From: an uncultured candidate division Zixibacteria bacterium
GTDB taxonomy: Bacteria; Zixibacteria; MSB-5A5; UBA10806
Reading direction: 5' to 3'
DNA: 64,000 bases
Assembly: GCA_963817915.1 (NCBI GenBank)
Contig: CAWFQL010000010.1
Span: 29,889-93,888, forward strand
Positions within the stretch are counted from its first letter, which is position 1. The number at the start of each line of letters is the position of its first letter. Position numbers and translations under genes: made by a program. Of the stretch, positions 49,923 to 60,120 are shown in pieces. The notes beneath the pieces are model-generated. The model was not told the origin of the DNA and made no database searches. It saw only the letters and a program-made list of their open reading frames with translations.

Positions 49923-51028
49923 TTCTTTTTATAGAACTCCCTAATCGTATCACAGACATAATCGTGTTCCGGAGCGGTCATTTCCGGAAAGACCGGCAAT
50001 GAAATCGCCATTCCGGCGAGCCGTTCGGCAACCGGTAAATCACCTTTTTTGTATCCAAGGTCTTTGTAGCATTCCTGCAGATGTAATGGCAATGGGTAAT
50101 ATGTATCTGAGCCGATTCCATTTTCTCGTAGATAATCACGGAGCTTGTCGCGGTTTTCCGCAATTAGGGTGTACTGATGATATATATGGTAGTTGTATTT
50201 TTGTTCAAGTGGAGTCATGATTTCGGGAATATCTTTCAGATCGTCATTATATCTGAATGCCCATTGCCGACGGGCTTCGTGCCACTTTGAGAGATGATTA
50301 AATTTAACATTGAGTACGGCCGCCTGTATGGAATCAAGTCGGCTATTATATCCGACAATCGAATGATAATATTTTGATTGGGCTCCATGCACCCTGAGTT
50401 TCCTTATCAGCTCATTCAAGCTATCATCATTTGTTACGATAAGCCCGGCATCACCATAGGCGCCCAGATTTTTTGTCGGAAAGAATGAAAAACATCCCGT
50501 CGTTCCAAACTGACCCGCAGACTTATTTTTATATTTTGCGCCAATCGCCTGCGCGGCATCCTCGACTATCGGAACATTCTTTTTATCTGCGATCGCTATG
50601 ATTTCATCCATCTCGGCGATCTGGCCATAAAGATGAACAGGAATGATCGCGCGAGTTTTGGAGGTTATTGCCGCTTCGAGTCGTTTAGGATCCATGTTGA
50701 ATGTTCTGGGGTCGACATCGACAAAAACCGGTTTTGCGCCCAAACGGGTGATTACCCCCGCCGTCGCAAAAAATGAGAATGTGGTAGTGACGACTTCAGT
50801 ACCGGGACCGGCATCGAGAGCTCTCAATGAAATCAATAAAGCATCGGTTCCAGAAGCCACCCCAATTCCGTATTTTACGCCGCAATAATCAGCGATGCTT
50901 TTTTCAAGCTCGTCAAGTTCCGGTCCCATGATAAATAGCCCATGATCCAAAACTTTTTGAACGGCTTTATCGATTTCAGGCTTGATAGTTGCGTATTGTC
51001 GTTTGAGATCTATAATAGGTACTTTCAT
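49919..51028 (-). CDS. DegT/DnrJ/EryC1/StrS family sugar aminotransferase (WbpE/PglE-like)
   Basis: 369 aa; PLP-dependent (..GVASGTDALLISLRA.., Lys-containing FSFFPTKNLGAYGDAG). Confidence 0.85.
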   Translation of the reverse strand: MKVPIIDLKRQYATIKPEIDKAVQKVLDHGLFIMGPELDELEKSIADYCGVKYGIGVASGTDALLISLRALDAGPGTEVVTTTFSFFATAGVITRLGAKPVFVDVDPRTFNMDPKRLEAAITSKTRAIIPVHLYGQIAEMDEIIAIADKKNVPIVEDAAQAIGAKYKNKSAGQFGTTGCFSFFPTKNLGAYGDAGLIVTNDDSLNELIRKLRVHGAQSKYYHSIVGYNSRLDSIQAAVLNVKFNHLSKWHEARRQWAFRYNDDLKDIPEIMTPLEQKYNYHIYHQYTLIAENRDKLRDYLRENGIGSDTYYPLPLHLQECYKDLGYKKGDLPVAERLAGMAISLPVFPEMTAPEHDYVCDTIREFYKKK

Positions 51029-51037
51029 AAAAATCCT

Positions 51038-51793
51038 TTATTTATTTTGATTTTTCAGGAGCTGCTCCGGCGGGACAGCACGGAATTTTTTTGCGGGAAC
51101 TCCCGCAAATATCTGTCCAGCTTCAGCATCGGTTGTAAGCAAAGCGCCTGCGGCAATAAGAGCGTCTTCATTAATAACCTTACCGGGCAAAATTACCGCA
51201 CCAACTCCGACGCGAGCGCCTTTTTTCAGAATCACACCTTTGAAATGCTTGAATCGTTCCTCGGTGCGGCCGACAAAATTATCGTTCGAAGTGGCAACAC
51301 AAGGAGCAACAAAGACCCGATCTTCAATTTCGGAATAAGCTGTGATGTAAACGTTGGTCTCAAGTTTGCAATATGATCCGATTTTGCAGAAATTTTCAAT
51401 CGTGACACCGCGGCCGACAATCGTGAAATCTCCGATTTCGACATTCTCCCTGATAGAAGAAAGATCGGCAATCAAAATTTTATTCCCTATGCGAGCGCCC
51501 CTGTACAAAACAGTAGATGTTCCAATTATGCAATCATTGCCGATAGTCAGGGCCGGAAGTTGTTGCTCCTTGGTGGTGGCTGAATTGGCGGCTTTCATGG
51601 GAAGCTTGCCAAGAACAGAATTATCATCGATGCGAACATTGGATCCGATAATAGTATCGTCATGAATCACAACGCCGCATCCAATTTTGCAACCTTCACC
51701 GATGACTACATGCGCTCCAATAAAGCTGTTATACCCTATTACGATATCTCCAGCGAGTTTCGCTGTCTTATTCACGTAATATTCCATCTCCAC
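51038..51793 (-). CDS. hexapeptide-repeat (LbH) sugar N-acetyltransferase (WbpD/PglD-like)
   Basis: 251 aa; repeated [LIV]GxxxxI hexapeptides; directly upstream of the DegT aminotransferase. Confidence 0.75.
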   Translation of the reverse strand: MEMEYYVNKTAKLAGDIVIGYNSFIGAHVVIGEGCKIGCGVVIHDDTIIGSNVRIDDNSVLGKLPMKAANSATTKEQQLPALTIGNDCIIGTSTVLYRGARIGNKILIADLSSIRENVEIGDFTIVGRGVTIENFCKIGSYCKLETNVYITAYSEIEDRVFVAPCVATSNDNFVGRTEERFKHFKGVILKKGARVGVGAVILPGKVINEDALIAAGALLTTDAEAGQIFAGVPAKKFRAVPPEQLLKNQNK

Positions 51794-51928
51794 CTCATTT
51801 CATCCAGGGCATTATTCCGGCCTTATTAATTTCCGAGAGTAATTGATAATAGGCGGCCGGATTTATTGCAGATATACCCCATTATTTCACGACATCTATT
51901 ATTTTGAAGTTTAAACTATATCGAAAAA

Positions 51929-53179
51929 TCAATTCCTTTTCAATCTGAAAAGACTTATCAGCCAAAACAGGTCTTCATTAAGCATTTGGGAAAATGATGA
52001 CATCTTCCGATAGGCTTCCGAATTCGCACTTTTTTCCCTAGTATAATATTCAAACAAAACTATAAATATTAACGACATACAAAATGAAAGTATTCCTGCG
52101 ATCAAGGATATAATTGCTCTCTTGGGACCGGATTTAAGATGCGGCGGTTTGGCAATATCGAGGACTTGAACAGTAGGAGTATCTCGTTGTTCCTGAATTT
52201 TAGCCTGTTCGAATTGTTGTTTAAGAAGTTCGAATATGGTTTCCTGAATTTTGAGATCTCTGGTCAATCTTGCTAATTCAAGACCCAATGCTGGTGTAGC
52301 ATCAACCGGAAGATTCAAAGATGATGATGTCGAAGTGCTATCGCCTTTTTCAAGAATATTAATCTGTTTTTGAATTTGCTGGATTTTGTATACCTGATTG
52401 AGATAGCGGGAATTATCAGATGAGAGCGATTTTTTCATTACGCCCAATTCGATCTCGGCCAACACCATCTGCCCTCGCAATTCGGCCACAGCGCTAATAG
52501 TGGCCTTGACCTGATCTTCGAGTGAAATAGCCTTATTTTTTTCTTGGAAATTTCGATACGCTTCTTCAGCCGCAGTTAAATCAACAATGCAAGCCGATAG
52601 CCGCTGTTCAATGAATTGCCTCGTGAATCCGGCTTTTGAAGTCAGATTTTCCGTATTGACGCGATTAAGCTCTTCTACAAAACTATTGGCAACCCTTGCG
52701 GCTCTCTCGGGATCGGTATCCTCATAGCTGATAGAAATCATCCCTTCCGGTCTTACGGTAACAGTCGTGCGATTCTGCAACTCTGCTATTGCTCTTTCCT
52801 CAAGATCTATCTTGAAAACTTCGGGGAGATTATTTCGCTTAAGGACCGCCTCTGATACGATTCTACTCTTAAGAACAGATGCATATAAATCCGAAGGACT
52901 TGAAAAGCCGGGCATTGACATTCCACCGCCACTTAGCAGCGAACTAAGCCCCGAAGGCAGCATCGCTCCAGCGAGTCCTAAACCGGATTCTTTTTCAGGA
53001 GGCATTAATATTGTAGTGGCAGTATATTTATTTGGGAAGAAGACCAGCATTATGACCATCGTAAGCAGAATGGCGATAATAAAATTTGTCAGGAGCACGC
53101 GTCGCCATTTGAAAAACAGATTTAATAATTGCCAGAATACTTTTTTATCCCCGTCTTCATTATTTATATTGTTATTCAT
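51929..53179 (-). CDS. wzz: polysaccharide chain-length determinant (Wzz/PCP family, no kinase domain)
   Basis: 416 aa; N-terminal TM, Wzz motif region (TATTILMPPE), long coiled-coil periplasmic domain, C-terminal TM. Confidence 0.75.
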   Translation of the reverse strand: MNNNINNEDGDKKVFWQLLNLFFKWRRVLLTNFIIAILLTMVIMLVFFPNKYTATTILMPPEKESGLGLAGAMLPSGLSSLLSGGGMSMPGFSSPSDLYASVLKSRIVSEAVLKRNNLPEVFKIDLEERAIAELQNRTTVTVRPEGMISISYEDTDPERAARVANSFVEELNRVNTENLTSKAGFTRQFIEQRLSACIVDLTAAEEAYRNFQEKNKAISLEDQVKATISAVAELRGQMVLAEIELGVMKKSLSSDNSRYLNQVYKIQQIQKQINILEKGDSTSTSSSLNLPVDATPALGLELARLTRDLKIQETIFELLKQQFEQAKIQEQRDTPTVQVLDIAKPPHLKSGPKRAIISLIAGILSFCMSLIFIVLFEYYTREKSANSEAYRKMSSFSQMLNEDLFWLISLFRLKRN

Positions 53180-54873
53180 TTTGTAGCCTGCCGTATTACT
53201 AAATAGACTGTTGCCAAATTTCCTACGAATACCATGATATCTTTAACCAATGCTATTGTATTGCTTTTTTTCTTTTCTGGAATCCAAATAGTATCTCCCG
53301 GTTCAAGCGGCTTTCCGTTGCTTGGATCCTGCCATTCCTGAGTGACACCCTTGATTATGGCTATCCCGCCTTTTCTTGCTCGCGAAGAAAGCCCGCCTGA
53401 TCTTTTTATATAGTATCTATAATCTTCGCCAGGCACATATGCCACCAGCCCCGGATTAGCAACTTCACCCGAAATTGTAATTACCTTACTTTTACGCGGA
53501 ATGTAAATTATATCGCCCGAGCGTAGAATTATATCTTTTGAAAAATCCTTATTGACGAATAATCCTTCGAAATCAATCGAGACTCTACCAGGTTTGCTTC
53601 TCGATTTAATCTTGAAATATTCATATTCGGTCTCGGACATATCGGCAACAAGCATCTTTTTCAAACGTTCAAATTCAGGATCAGCTACTTCTTCCGAAGT
53701 ATAGCGGGTCATTTCGGCTTCCTGCAACGAGGCAAATTCGGTAAATCCGCCAGCCTTCAAAACTACTTCCGATAAGGAAGTAGAATCGCTTTCGATGGCA
53801 TAATAACCGGGATACTTGAATTCACCCACCAACTGAACCTGATTTTTTTCATGATAACCCTGGATGGGCTTGACATAAACGCGGTCATCCGGTTTTAATG
53901 GTACATTCCAATTACTTTGCCTTAGATCAACAAAAACGCTATACGAGCTCTTGTTATCAGGATAAAAACTGACTATTTCAACGGAATTTGAATCCGCGTC
54001 CAGAGAAAGTCCATGCGCAATATTCAATAGATCAGCAAGAGAATCTCTTTCAGAATATTCAAAATAGCCCTGGTTACGCACGGCGCCGAAAATACCATAA
54101 AAATTGATGTTTTTTTCACGAACCGGTACAAAAACATTATCACCATCTTGCATTTGGGGATTAAAATCGGAGCGACCTGTGAGTTCAAATCTGAGAATGT
54201 CGGCTTTCAATGTATCACCATTTGCGCGATAGATTTTAATATCTCGCTTGGCAGGTAATTTGGTATTATCCCAATCCTGCTGTAGATCGGCCCGATAATT
54301 CTGGTCTTTTTCCTTTTGATTGAGAAAACCTCCTGCAAGTTCAATTATTTCGGACACGCGAGAAACTGCAGTGGCAGGATAAGCGCCCGGATTATTAACA
54401 GCGCCACCGATAAAAACTTTGAATTTTCTGAGACTGACCAAGGATACTACAGTCTGAACATTCCGGAATCTGCCCCCAATATCATCCGCAGTCTTGATCC
54501 TTGCTTGCGCAAGTGTCAAGCCGGCAACCTGTACAGGGCCGATTTCTGGAATAAGCAATACGCCTTCGGGAGTAATAGGTAACTGATATTGCCCTTGGAA
54601 ATTGCCCCAGATAAAAACAGAGAGGACATCTCCGGGGCCGAGGACATATGTATCTGGATCAATTTTTTTATCGAGGAGATTGGACGAGAAATCCATCTTT
54701 TGGGCTTTTAGGTCCAATAATTCTTTTTCTTTGTCGTCGGATAAAGAGGAAGACTGAGCAAAAATAGTGGAAGGATTGAAAATATTTGAACAGATTACGC
54801 ATGAAATAAAGCTAATAAAAAAAATGCGGGCATAAATTGAAACCCGTCGGCCATAAATACTTATTATTTTCAC
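53176..54873 (-). CDS. wza: polysaccharide export outer-membrane protein (Wza/GumB family, SLBB domains)
   Basis: 565 aa; signal peptide; Poly_export motif YVLGPGDVLSVFIWGN; multiple SLBB-like repeats. Confidence 0.8.
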   Translation of the reverse strand: MKIISIYGRRVSIYARIFFISFISCVICSNIFNPSTIFAQSSSLSDDKEKELLDLKAQKMDFSSNLLDKKIDPDTYVLGPGDVLSVFIWGNFQGQYQLPITPEGVLLIPEIGPVQVAGLTLAQARIKTADDIGGRFRNVQTVVSLVSLRKFKVFIGGAVNNPGAYPATAVSRVSEIIELAGGFLNQKEKDQNYRADLQQDWDNTKLPAKRDIKIYRANGDTLKADILRFELTGRSDFNPQMQDGDNVFVPVREKNINFYGIFGAVRNQGYFEYSERDSLADLLNIAHGLSLDADSNSVEIVSFYPDNKSSYSVFVDLRQSNWNVPLKPDDRVYVKPIQGYHEKNQVQLVGEFKYPGYYAIESDSTSLSEVVLKAGGFTEFASLQEAEMTRYTSEEVADPEFERLKKMLVADMSETEYEYFKIKSRSKPGRVSIDFEGLFVNKDFSKDIILRSGDIIYIPRKSKVITISGEVANPGLVAYVPGEDYRYYIKRSGGLSSRARKGGIAIIKGVTQEWQDPSNGKPLEPGDTIWIPEKKKSNTIALVKDIMVFVGNLATVYLVIRQATK

Positions 54874-55050
54874 AGTAAAGGAGTACCCTTTCGATTTAAA
54901 GTCTTACCATTTTCTCGCTACTACCTAAACCACAAACTTTTAGCTATATTTCCCGGGCGCTCCTCCTTCAAATTGAATTCAATATAATTGGGATGCCAAA
55001 TCAGGTCAAGTAAAATAAATCACAATGGGATGCCCGGTTAGCCTCGATTT

Positions 55051-57555
55051 TCATTCGTTTTTTTGCCAATTCCTGATGCTTTTGGCATACTGTTTTACTA
55101 ATTCCTTGGCGGTCTCCGATGAATACGATTCGGCCAAAATATAGAACAAAGCTTTCTTCCGATCGGGACGCAATAATACCCAGCCATCGTCAACTGAAAG
55201 CCTGGCTCCATCAACCAATATTCTCGTGGAATTTTCAGAATCGGCCATTAAATGACGCATTACCTGCCCCTTTTTGGCCCAGGCGCAGGCGACTTCTTTC
55301 TCGGCCATTTCCAGTCGATCCCAATCTCCGGTAACTCGTCCTATTTTTGTCCCTGCTTTCGCGAGAAGCTCGAGTATTTTGACGGTCACGAACATGGCAT
55401 CGACACCAATCTGGAATCCGGGGAATATGAAGCCACCCTTGGTGCCACCTACATACCCTATTTCAGGATTGCTGGCAGCTTCCATCATGGCCTGATGGTC
55501 GCTCGGTATCCAGAGTATCTCCGCGCCGTGCTCGTCTGCCACCATTTCCAAGCCTGCCGTCGCGGTAACCGGAGCGGCTATCTTTTTAGGTTTGGCGGAT
55601 TGACAGAATAATTCTGTAACCTTAAGAAGAAGCTTTTGCGATGTTATAGGATTGCCTTTTTCATCGACAGCGATAATCTTTTCGGCGCCGGGATTTAGCA
55701 TAAATCCGATATCGGCATCAAGCGATTTTACTATCGAACCCAATTGCTTAAGTGCTTCTCTTTGGCTTCCCGCGAAATAATGAACCTTTCTGGGATCGAC
55801 AAATGAATTCAACGAGACAGCGTCGATACCCAATTGCCCGAGAATATTAGGCATTATATCCGAGGCGGCCCCGAATGAATAATCGATAATGACTTTTAAT
55901 TTGCTATCACTGAATAATTCCTTATCGAAATGCGAAATGAAAGCGTCGCGATACGATTCCAACGCTCTTGGCGGATATTCGATATTGCCTATTTTCCCGA
56001 TGGGCGCCCGGCGAAAATCTTCCCGAAGGAAGAGCCGTTCTATCGTTTTATTTTTGGAGGTCGGTAAATCTCTGCCGCCATGTTCAAAGAAAATAATATC
56101 AATTTCGCCATTGCCATCAGGATTCATTCGAACATGGATGCCCCCCGCTTCGCGGCCGCCTTTCAGCACCTGACGCAGAATCGGAATGGGTGCTATTCTG
56201 AGATCGGCGACATTAACACCTGCCGAAAGCAGGCCGCACATTACGGCGCGATATATCATTCGGCTGGCATCGGATGCACCGCGGCTGAGAGCCACTGTCC
56301 GTTCTTCGCCAAGCATGGCACCATAGGCGGCCCCCAATTTGGTGGCGAATTCCGGTGTGATTTCAGCATTGCCAACCCCTGTGACTTTGGCGTCGGAGAA
56401 AAGCTCTCGAGTCCACATCTCTCCCCAGATAAGGCTTGAATTGAGAATCGCGCCAGACTCGACTTCTTTATTAGGCCATATTTTGACATTTCGCTTAATT
56501 CGAGCCCCATCCCCTACCCGGCTGTTGTCAGAAAGGATGCAATTTTCTTCGATTTCCGATTCTTCTCCGACATGACTGCTATTGCATAAAATTGCCTCGC
56601 TTACACGGGACATGGGACCGATTGTGGCATTTTCCCAGGTCACAATGCGATTGACATTGGCATCGCGGCCTATAATCGAATTGCTTCCGATTACACTCTG
56701 GAAGATTTTTGCTCTCGGACCGATTTTGACATTATCTCCGATAACCACGCAACCTGAAAAATCCGCGCCATGGGATATAATAGTATTTTCACCGACAAGC
56801 ACATTGGCATCGGGATAATTTAATTTCTTGCCATCGATTTTGATTTTGACTTTGCCATCGAGGATATCTTGATGGGCCGAAAAATATTCTTCTATATTGC
56901 CGATATCTCGCCAATACCCCGAAGAAACATACCCCATCAGTTTCATTTTTTGGGCAAGCATGGCCGGAAAGAGGTCTTTGGAAAAATCGAATTCCGTTTT
57001 GACCGGAATCATATCGAGTATTTCAGGTTCGAGGATATATATTCCGGTGTTGACCGTATCGGAAAAAACCTGGCCCCAGCCTGGCTTTTCGAGAAACCTG
57101 GTGATTTTGCCATTTTCACCAGTAATTACGATGCCATATGATAACGGATTATCGACGCGAGTGAGGACTATTGTTGAGTCAGCCTTTTTCTTGTGATGAT
57201 ATTCTAATGCCTCGGTGAGATTGAAATCGGTTAGAACATCGCCGGATATAATGATAAATCGTTCTTTTAGCAGATCCTGAGCATTTTTGACTGCGCCCGC
57301 CGTTCCGAAATCTGCCTCGGCTGTAACATATTCGATATTGACGCCCCAGCTTTTGCCATTTTTAAAGTATGATTTTATCTGATCGGACTGGAAATAAAGT
57401 ATAGCCAAAATGTCGTCAATGCCATGAATTTTGAGCAGGCGAATAATATGTTCCATTATAGGCTTTCCCACCACCGGCACCATTGGCTTTGGTATATTGG
57501 CAGTCAAGGGCCTGAGCCTCGTGCCAAAACCACCCGCCATAATCACAGCCTTCAT
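55051..57555 (-). CDS. sugar-1-phosphate nucleotidyltransferase (NTP_transferase + LbH) fused to a degenerate phosphohexomutase-like domain
   Basis: 834 aa. N-terminus MKAVIMAGGFGTRLRPLT...KPMVPVVGKPIMEH (nucleotidyltransferase) plus hexapeptide region. C-terminal about 440 aa has PGM/PMM four-domain topology, but the TASHNP phosphoserine loop is replaced (GGIHVRMNPDG) and the DGDGDR metal loop is lost (LNPGAEKIIAVDE). Confidence 0.65.
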   Translation of the reverse strand: MKAVIMAGGFGTRLRPLTANIPKPMVPVVGKPIMEHIIRLLKIHGIDDILAILYFQSDQIKSYFKNGKSWGVNIEYVTAEADFGTAGAVKNAQDLLKERFIIISGDVLTDFNLTEALEYHHKKKADSTIVLTRVDNPLSYGIVITGENGKITRFLEKPGWGQVFSDTVNTGIYILEPEILDMIPVKTEFDFSKDLFPAMLAQKMKLMGYVSSGYWRDIGNIEEYFSAHQDILDGKVKIKIDGKKLNYPDANVLVGENTIISHGADFSGCVVIGDNVKIGPRAKIFQSVIGSNSIIGRDANVNRIVTWENATIGPMSRVSEAILCNSSHVGEESEIEENCILSDNSRVGDGARIKRNVKIWPNKEVESGAILNSSLIWGEMWTRELFSDAKVTGVGNAEITPEFATKLGAAYGAMLGEERTVALSRGASDASRMIYRAVMCGLLSAGVNVADLRIAPIPILRQVLKGGREAGGIHVRMNPDGNGEIDIIFFEHGGRDLPTSKNKTIERLFLREDFRRAPIGKIGNIEYPPRALESYRDAFISHFDKELFSDSKLKVIIDYSFGAASDIMPNILGQLGIDAVSLNSFVDPRKVHYFAGSQREALKQLGSIVKSLDADIGFMLNPGAEKIIAVDEKGNPITSQKLLLKVTELFCQSAKPKKIAAPVTATAGLEMVADEHGAEILWIPSDHQAMMEAASNPEIGYVGGTKGGFIFPGFQIGVDAMFVTVKILELLAKAGTKIGRVTGDWDRLEMAEKEVACAWAKKGQVMRHLMADSENSTRILVDGARLSVDDGWVLLRPDRKKALFYILAESYSSETAKELVKQYAKSIRNWQKNE

Positions 57556-57588
57556 TGTCTCTCCTTTATTTCGCCAATATCATCGAGC

Positions 57589-58788
57589 TTAATATTTCCG
57601 ATCGCCCTTAGGCTTTCTTATCATTTTTATATATTGAAATGGGACAGCTTTCAAGTCATCTTTTGGAGGAAGCCAGGAGATTTCGTTGTCAACTATTCTA
57701 AAATCATTTGCCGCCAGAGGAAGAATAGTATCAACATTTTCTATCGATGGCGTCACTTCGAATGCCGAATCAGGCCATCTTCTCTGTGCCAGACCAACCA
57801 GATAATTCCAGGCGTCATATTCCATGTCCTTGCCTCGAAATTCAGGATAGAGCCTGACATTGAGCTTGCAGATCTTATTCGAGTCCGGAAATTCCGCGCC
57901 GCACTCGCCGACAAATTTGCCGGATTTATCTTCGAGCGAGAAATGGAATCTATTTGCGCCGGATGTGATTTTGTTTAAATAAGAATCGTATTGCTCCATA
58001 GTCCACCCGAGTCCATCGGGATAGCCGTCATTTTTCATTACTTCACTATTCTCCCAGAGTTCGATCAAGTGACTTCTATGACGTTCCGCGGTAACGCAAA
58101 AATTATAATGCCGGCTGATGGCAAATATCTTCTTTTTGATGATTTCAACTATGGAAATGATAATATCATAAAAATCATCGTATTCGATATGAGATGATGA
58201 ACTGCCGAGCATCTTGCTTAAGTCTGAACGGGCGAAAATTATATCAGCGGCACGGGCGGCGTGCAAATCCGAATGACCATCTCCTATGAAAATAGACGAT
58301 TGATTAGTTTGGGTTAATTTGGAAATATGATATCCCTTACAATTGGAGCATTTCCCGCAGCCCCGATCATAATATGGAAAGGCGGGATGAATTTGGCCAT
58401 CTTCATTCTCATCAGCATGATTACAGATTCTCTCCAAACCATTCAGATCATGCTGACTCAGGATTTTATCTATATAAAAATCAAAACCTTCGGACAAGAT
58501 TATTGGATCGATATTATTGGTTTTTGCCCATTTGAGGAATTCATCAAAACCATTTCTTAATTGTTGGGCTTCCAGAAATGCCCTGTAATCATTCGGCGAT
58601 GGATTATGCTGATTCCAGATTTCGCATTCTTTAGAAAGACATTCGAACGAACCAATCTTGCCTCTGCGGTAAAGCTGGACCACTTCTTCAGTGTCGGCAT
58701 TGGTGAATTCTTTAAACATCTCATAGCCGACATCGTTCCGGGTAATGGTGCCGTCAAAATCGACAAATATTTTAAGCCAATCATTCAT
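57589..58788 (-). CDS. HAD-IB (MtnX/SerB-like) phosphatase fused to a C-terminal GNAT (RimL-like) acetyltransferase domain
   Basis: 399 aa; HAD motif I FVDFDGTIT, Cys cluster CGKCSNCKG, motif IV GDGHSDL. C-terminal about 170 aa resembles GNAT_3 (NVRLYPEFRGKDMEYDAWNYLVGLA). Confidence 0.55.
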   Translation of the reverse strand: MNDWLKIFVDFDGTITRNDVGYEMFKEFTNADTEEVVQLYRRGKIGSFECLSKECEIWNQHNPSPNDYRAFLEAQQLRNGFDEFLKWAKTNNIDPIILSEGFDFYIDKILSQHDLNGLERICNHADENEDGQIHPAFPYYDRGCGKCSNCKGYHISKLTQTNQSSIFIGDGHSDLHAARAADIIFARSDLSKMLGSSSSHIEYDDFYDIIISIVEIIKKKIFAISRHYNFCVTAERHRSHLIELWENSEVMKNDGYPDGLGWTMEQYDSYLNKITSGANRFHFSLEDKSGKFVGECGAEFPDSNKICKLNVRLYPEFRGKDMEYDAWNYLVGLAQRRWPDSAFEVTPSIENVDTILPLAANDFRIVDNEISWLPPKDDLKAVPFQYIKMIRKPKGDRKY

Positions 58789-59069
58789 TTGGATATGAAC
58801 ATTGCCGCAATAATAACTATGACAATAATTAAGGATATTACCAGCATTTTAATATTTTTGGACCTATAATAAGCGACTGAAGCGGCAATTATTCCAATAA
58901 GCGGGGCTATTATTACGATCCCGACACCGGTATAAGATAATGATTTTTTGATTGGCAATTTTGCTATCTCCGCGATCACGGCGATGATGAGCAGCGCGAT
59001 TGCGGCGATTTGAACTATTTTTAGGGTCTTCGCAATTTTAATTCCGATGTCATTTCCACTTTCGGCCAT
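58785..59069 (-). CDS. small hypothetical membrane protein (2 TM)
   Basis: 94 aa, highly hydrophobic; stop overlaps the downstream gene start (ATGA); sits between tauE and the HAD-GNAT gene. Confidence 0.45.
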   Translation of the reverse strand: MAESGNDIGIKIAKTLKIVQIAAIALLIIAVIAEIAKLPIKKSLSYTGVGIVIIAPLIGIIAASVAYYRSKNIKMLVISLIIVIVIIAAMFISK

Positions 59070-59819
59070 CTAAAATCCTTTCATCCCCATTCTGATAGCA
59101 GTATAAACAAGAAATATCACAAAAATCCATTTCAATAATTTGGTATGAATTCTATATGATAATGTCGCGCCAAGCCTGCTCCCGGCCATTATGCCTAACA
59201 TCACCGGCGGCGATTTTTCGAGATCAAGCGTGCCATTGAAGAAATATACTATCGCGCCGGTCGCGGCAGTAATGCCAACCATATAGCTCGAGGTGGCAGT
59301 TGCCACTTTCATAGGCACATTCATGATAAGATTCATAACCGGCACTTTGATAATCCCGCCGCCTACTCCGAGGAGGCTCGAAATATTTCCACCAATAAAT
59401 GAAACGAACATCCCGATAGTCATATGTTTCGGCTTGCCTTCATAGACGGTATCATCGTCGGTCTTTTTGGGTAGAAGCATGTGAAAGGAACTATAAAGCA
59501 TCACAAACGCAAACAGAAGATAGATGATTTTCGATGAAATCATTCCAGCGATGATGGCTCCAATTAAAGCCCCAAAAGTAGTAATTGTCTCAAGAGTCAG
59601 CGCCAATTTCAAATCAGTGCGACCGGTCTTTAAAAAATCGATAGCGGCCATTGTCGAGCCCGCGACAACACCGGTCAGACTTATACCGGCGGCTTGAACA
59701 GGTGTCATTCCGAGGAGCAAAGTAAAAACTGGTACCATTATAATTCCGCCGCCGAGACCGAGCAACGATCCTATAAAACCCGCAAAAAAGCCGGTTGAAA
59801 TCAGATAAAGCAATTCCAT
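59070..59819 (-). CDS. tauE: TauE/SafE family anion (sulfite) exporter
   Basis: 249 aa; two DUF81 repeats with GxGGG motifs (GSLLGLGGGIIMVPV; LGVGGGIIKVPV). Confidence 0.8.
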   Translation of the reverse strand: MELLYLISTGFFAGFIGSLLGLGGGIIMVPVFTLLLGMTPVQAAGISLTGVVAGSTMAAIDFLKTGRTDLKLALTLETITTFGALIGAIIAGMISSKIIYLLFAFVMLYSSFHMLLPKKTDDDTVYEGKPKHMTIGMFVSFIGGNISSLLGVGGGIIKVPVMNLIMNVPMKVATATSSYMVGITAATGAIVYFFNGTLDLEKSPPVMLGIMAGSRLGATLSYRIHTKLLKWIFVIFLVYTAIRMGMKGF

Positions 59820-59992
59820 ACCCGGTCAATCTATGATAGTCTAACGCAAAAGGCAAGTATCAGGGGCATGCCAGCATATAATTGGTCATTAATAGACGTA
59901 ATCACTCAGGATCGGATGCGGTAATGGTAAACCGTGATTCGCGGGACGCCCATCGGTCGGGTGCGGAGACCCGATCGCACTTGGGACACCCG
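59811..59992. repeat. ~180-bp direct repeat copy 1 (tauE start + 5' leader)
   Basis: caattccatacccggtcaatctatgatagtctaacgcaaaaggcaagtatcaggggcatgccagcatataattggtcattaatagacgtaatcactc...cggtcgggtgcggagacccgatcgcactt; about 95% identical to 60121..60292. Confidence 0.85.
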
Positions 59993-60120
59993 ATGTGGTC
60001 ACGGCAAGCCGTGACTCGCAGGAAAACTTGGAATCGCTAAGCGCTGGCTGCGGTCACAGAAAGCGGTTAAGTATATGACGCCTATCGGTCGGGTACGGAG
60101 ACCCGACCGCACTTGGAAAG

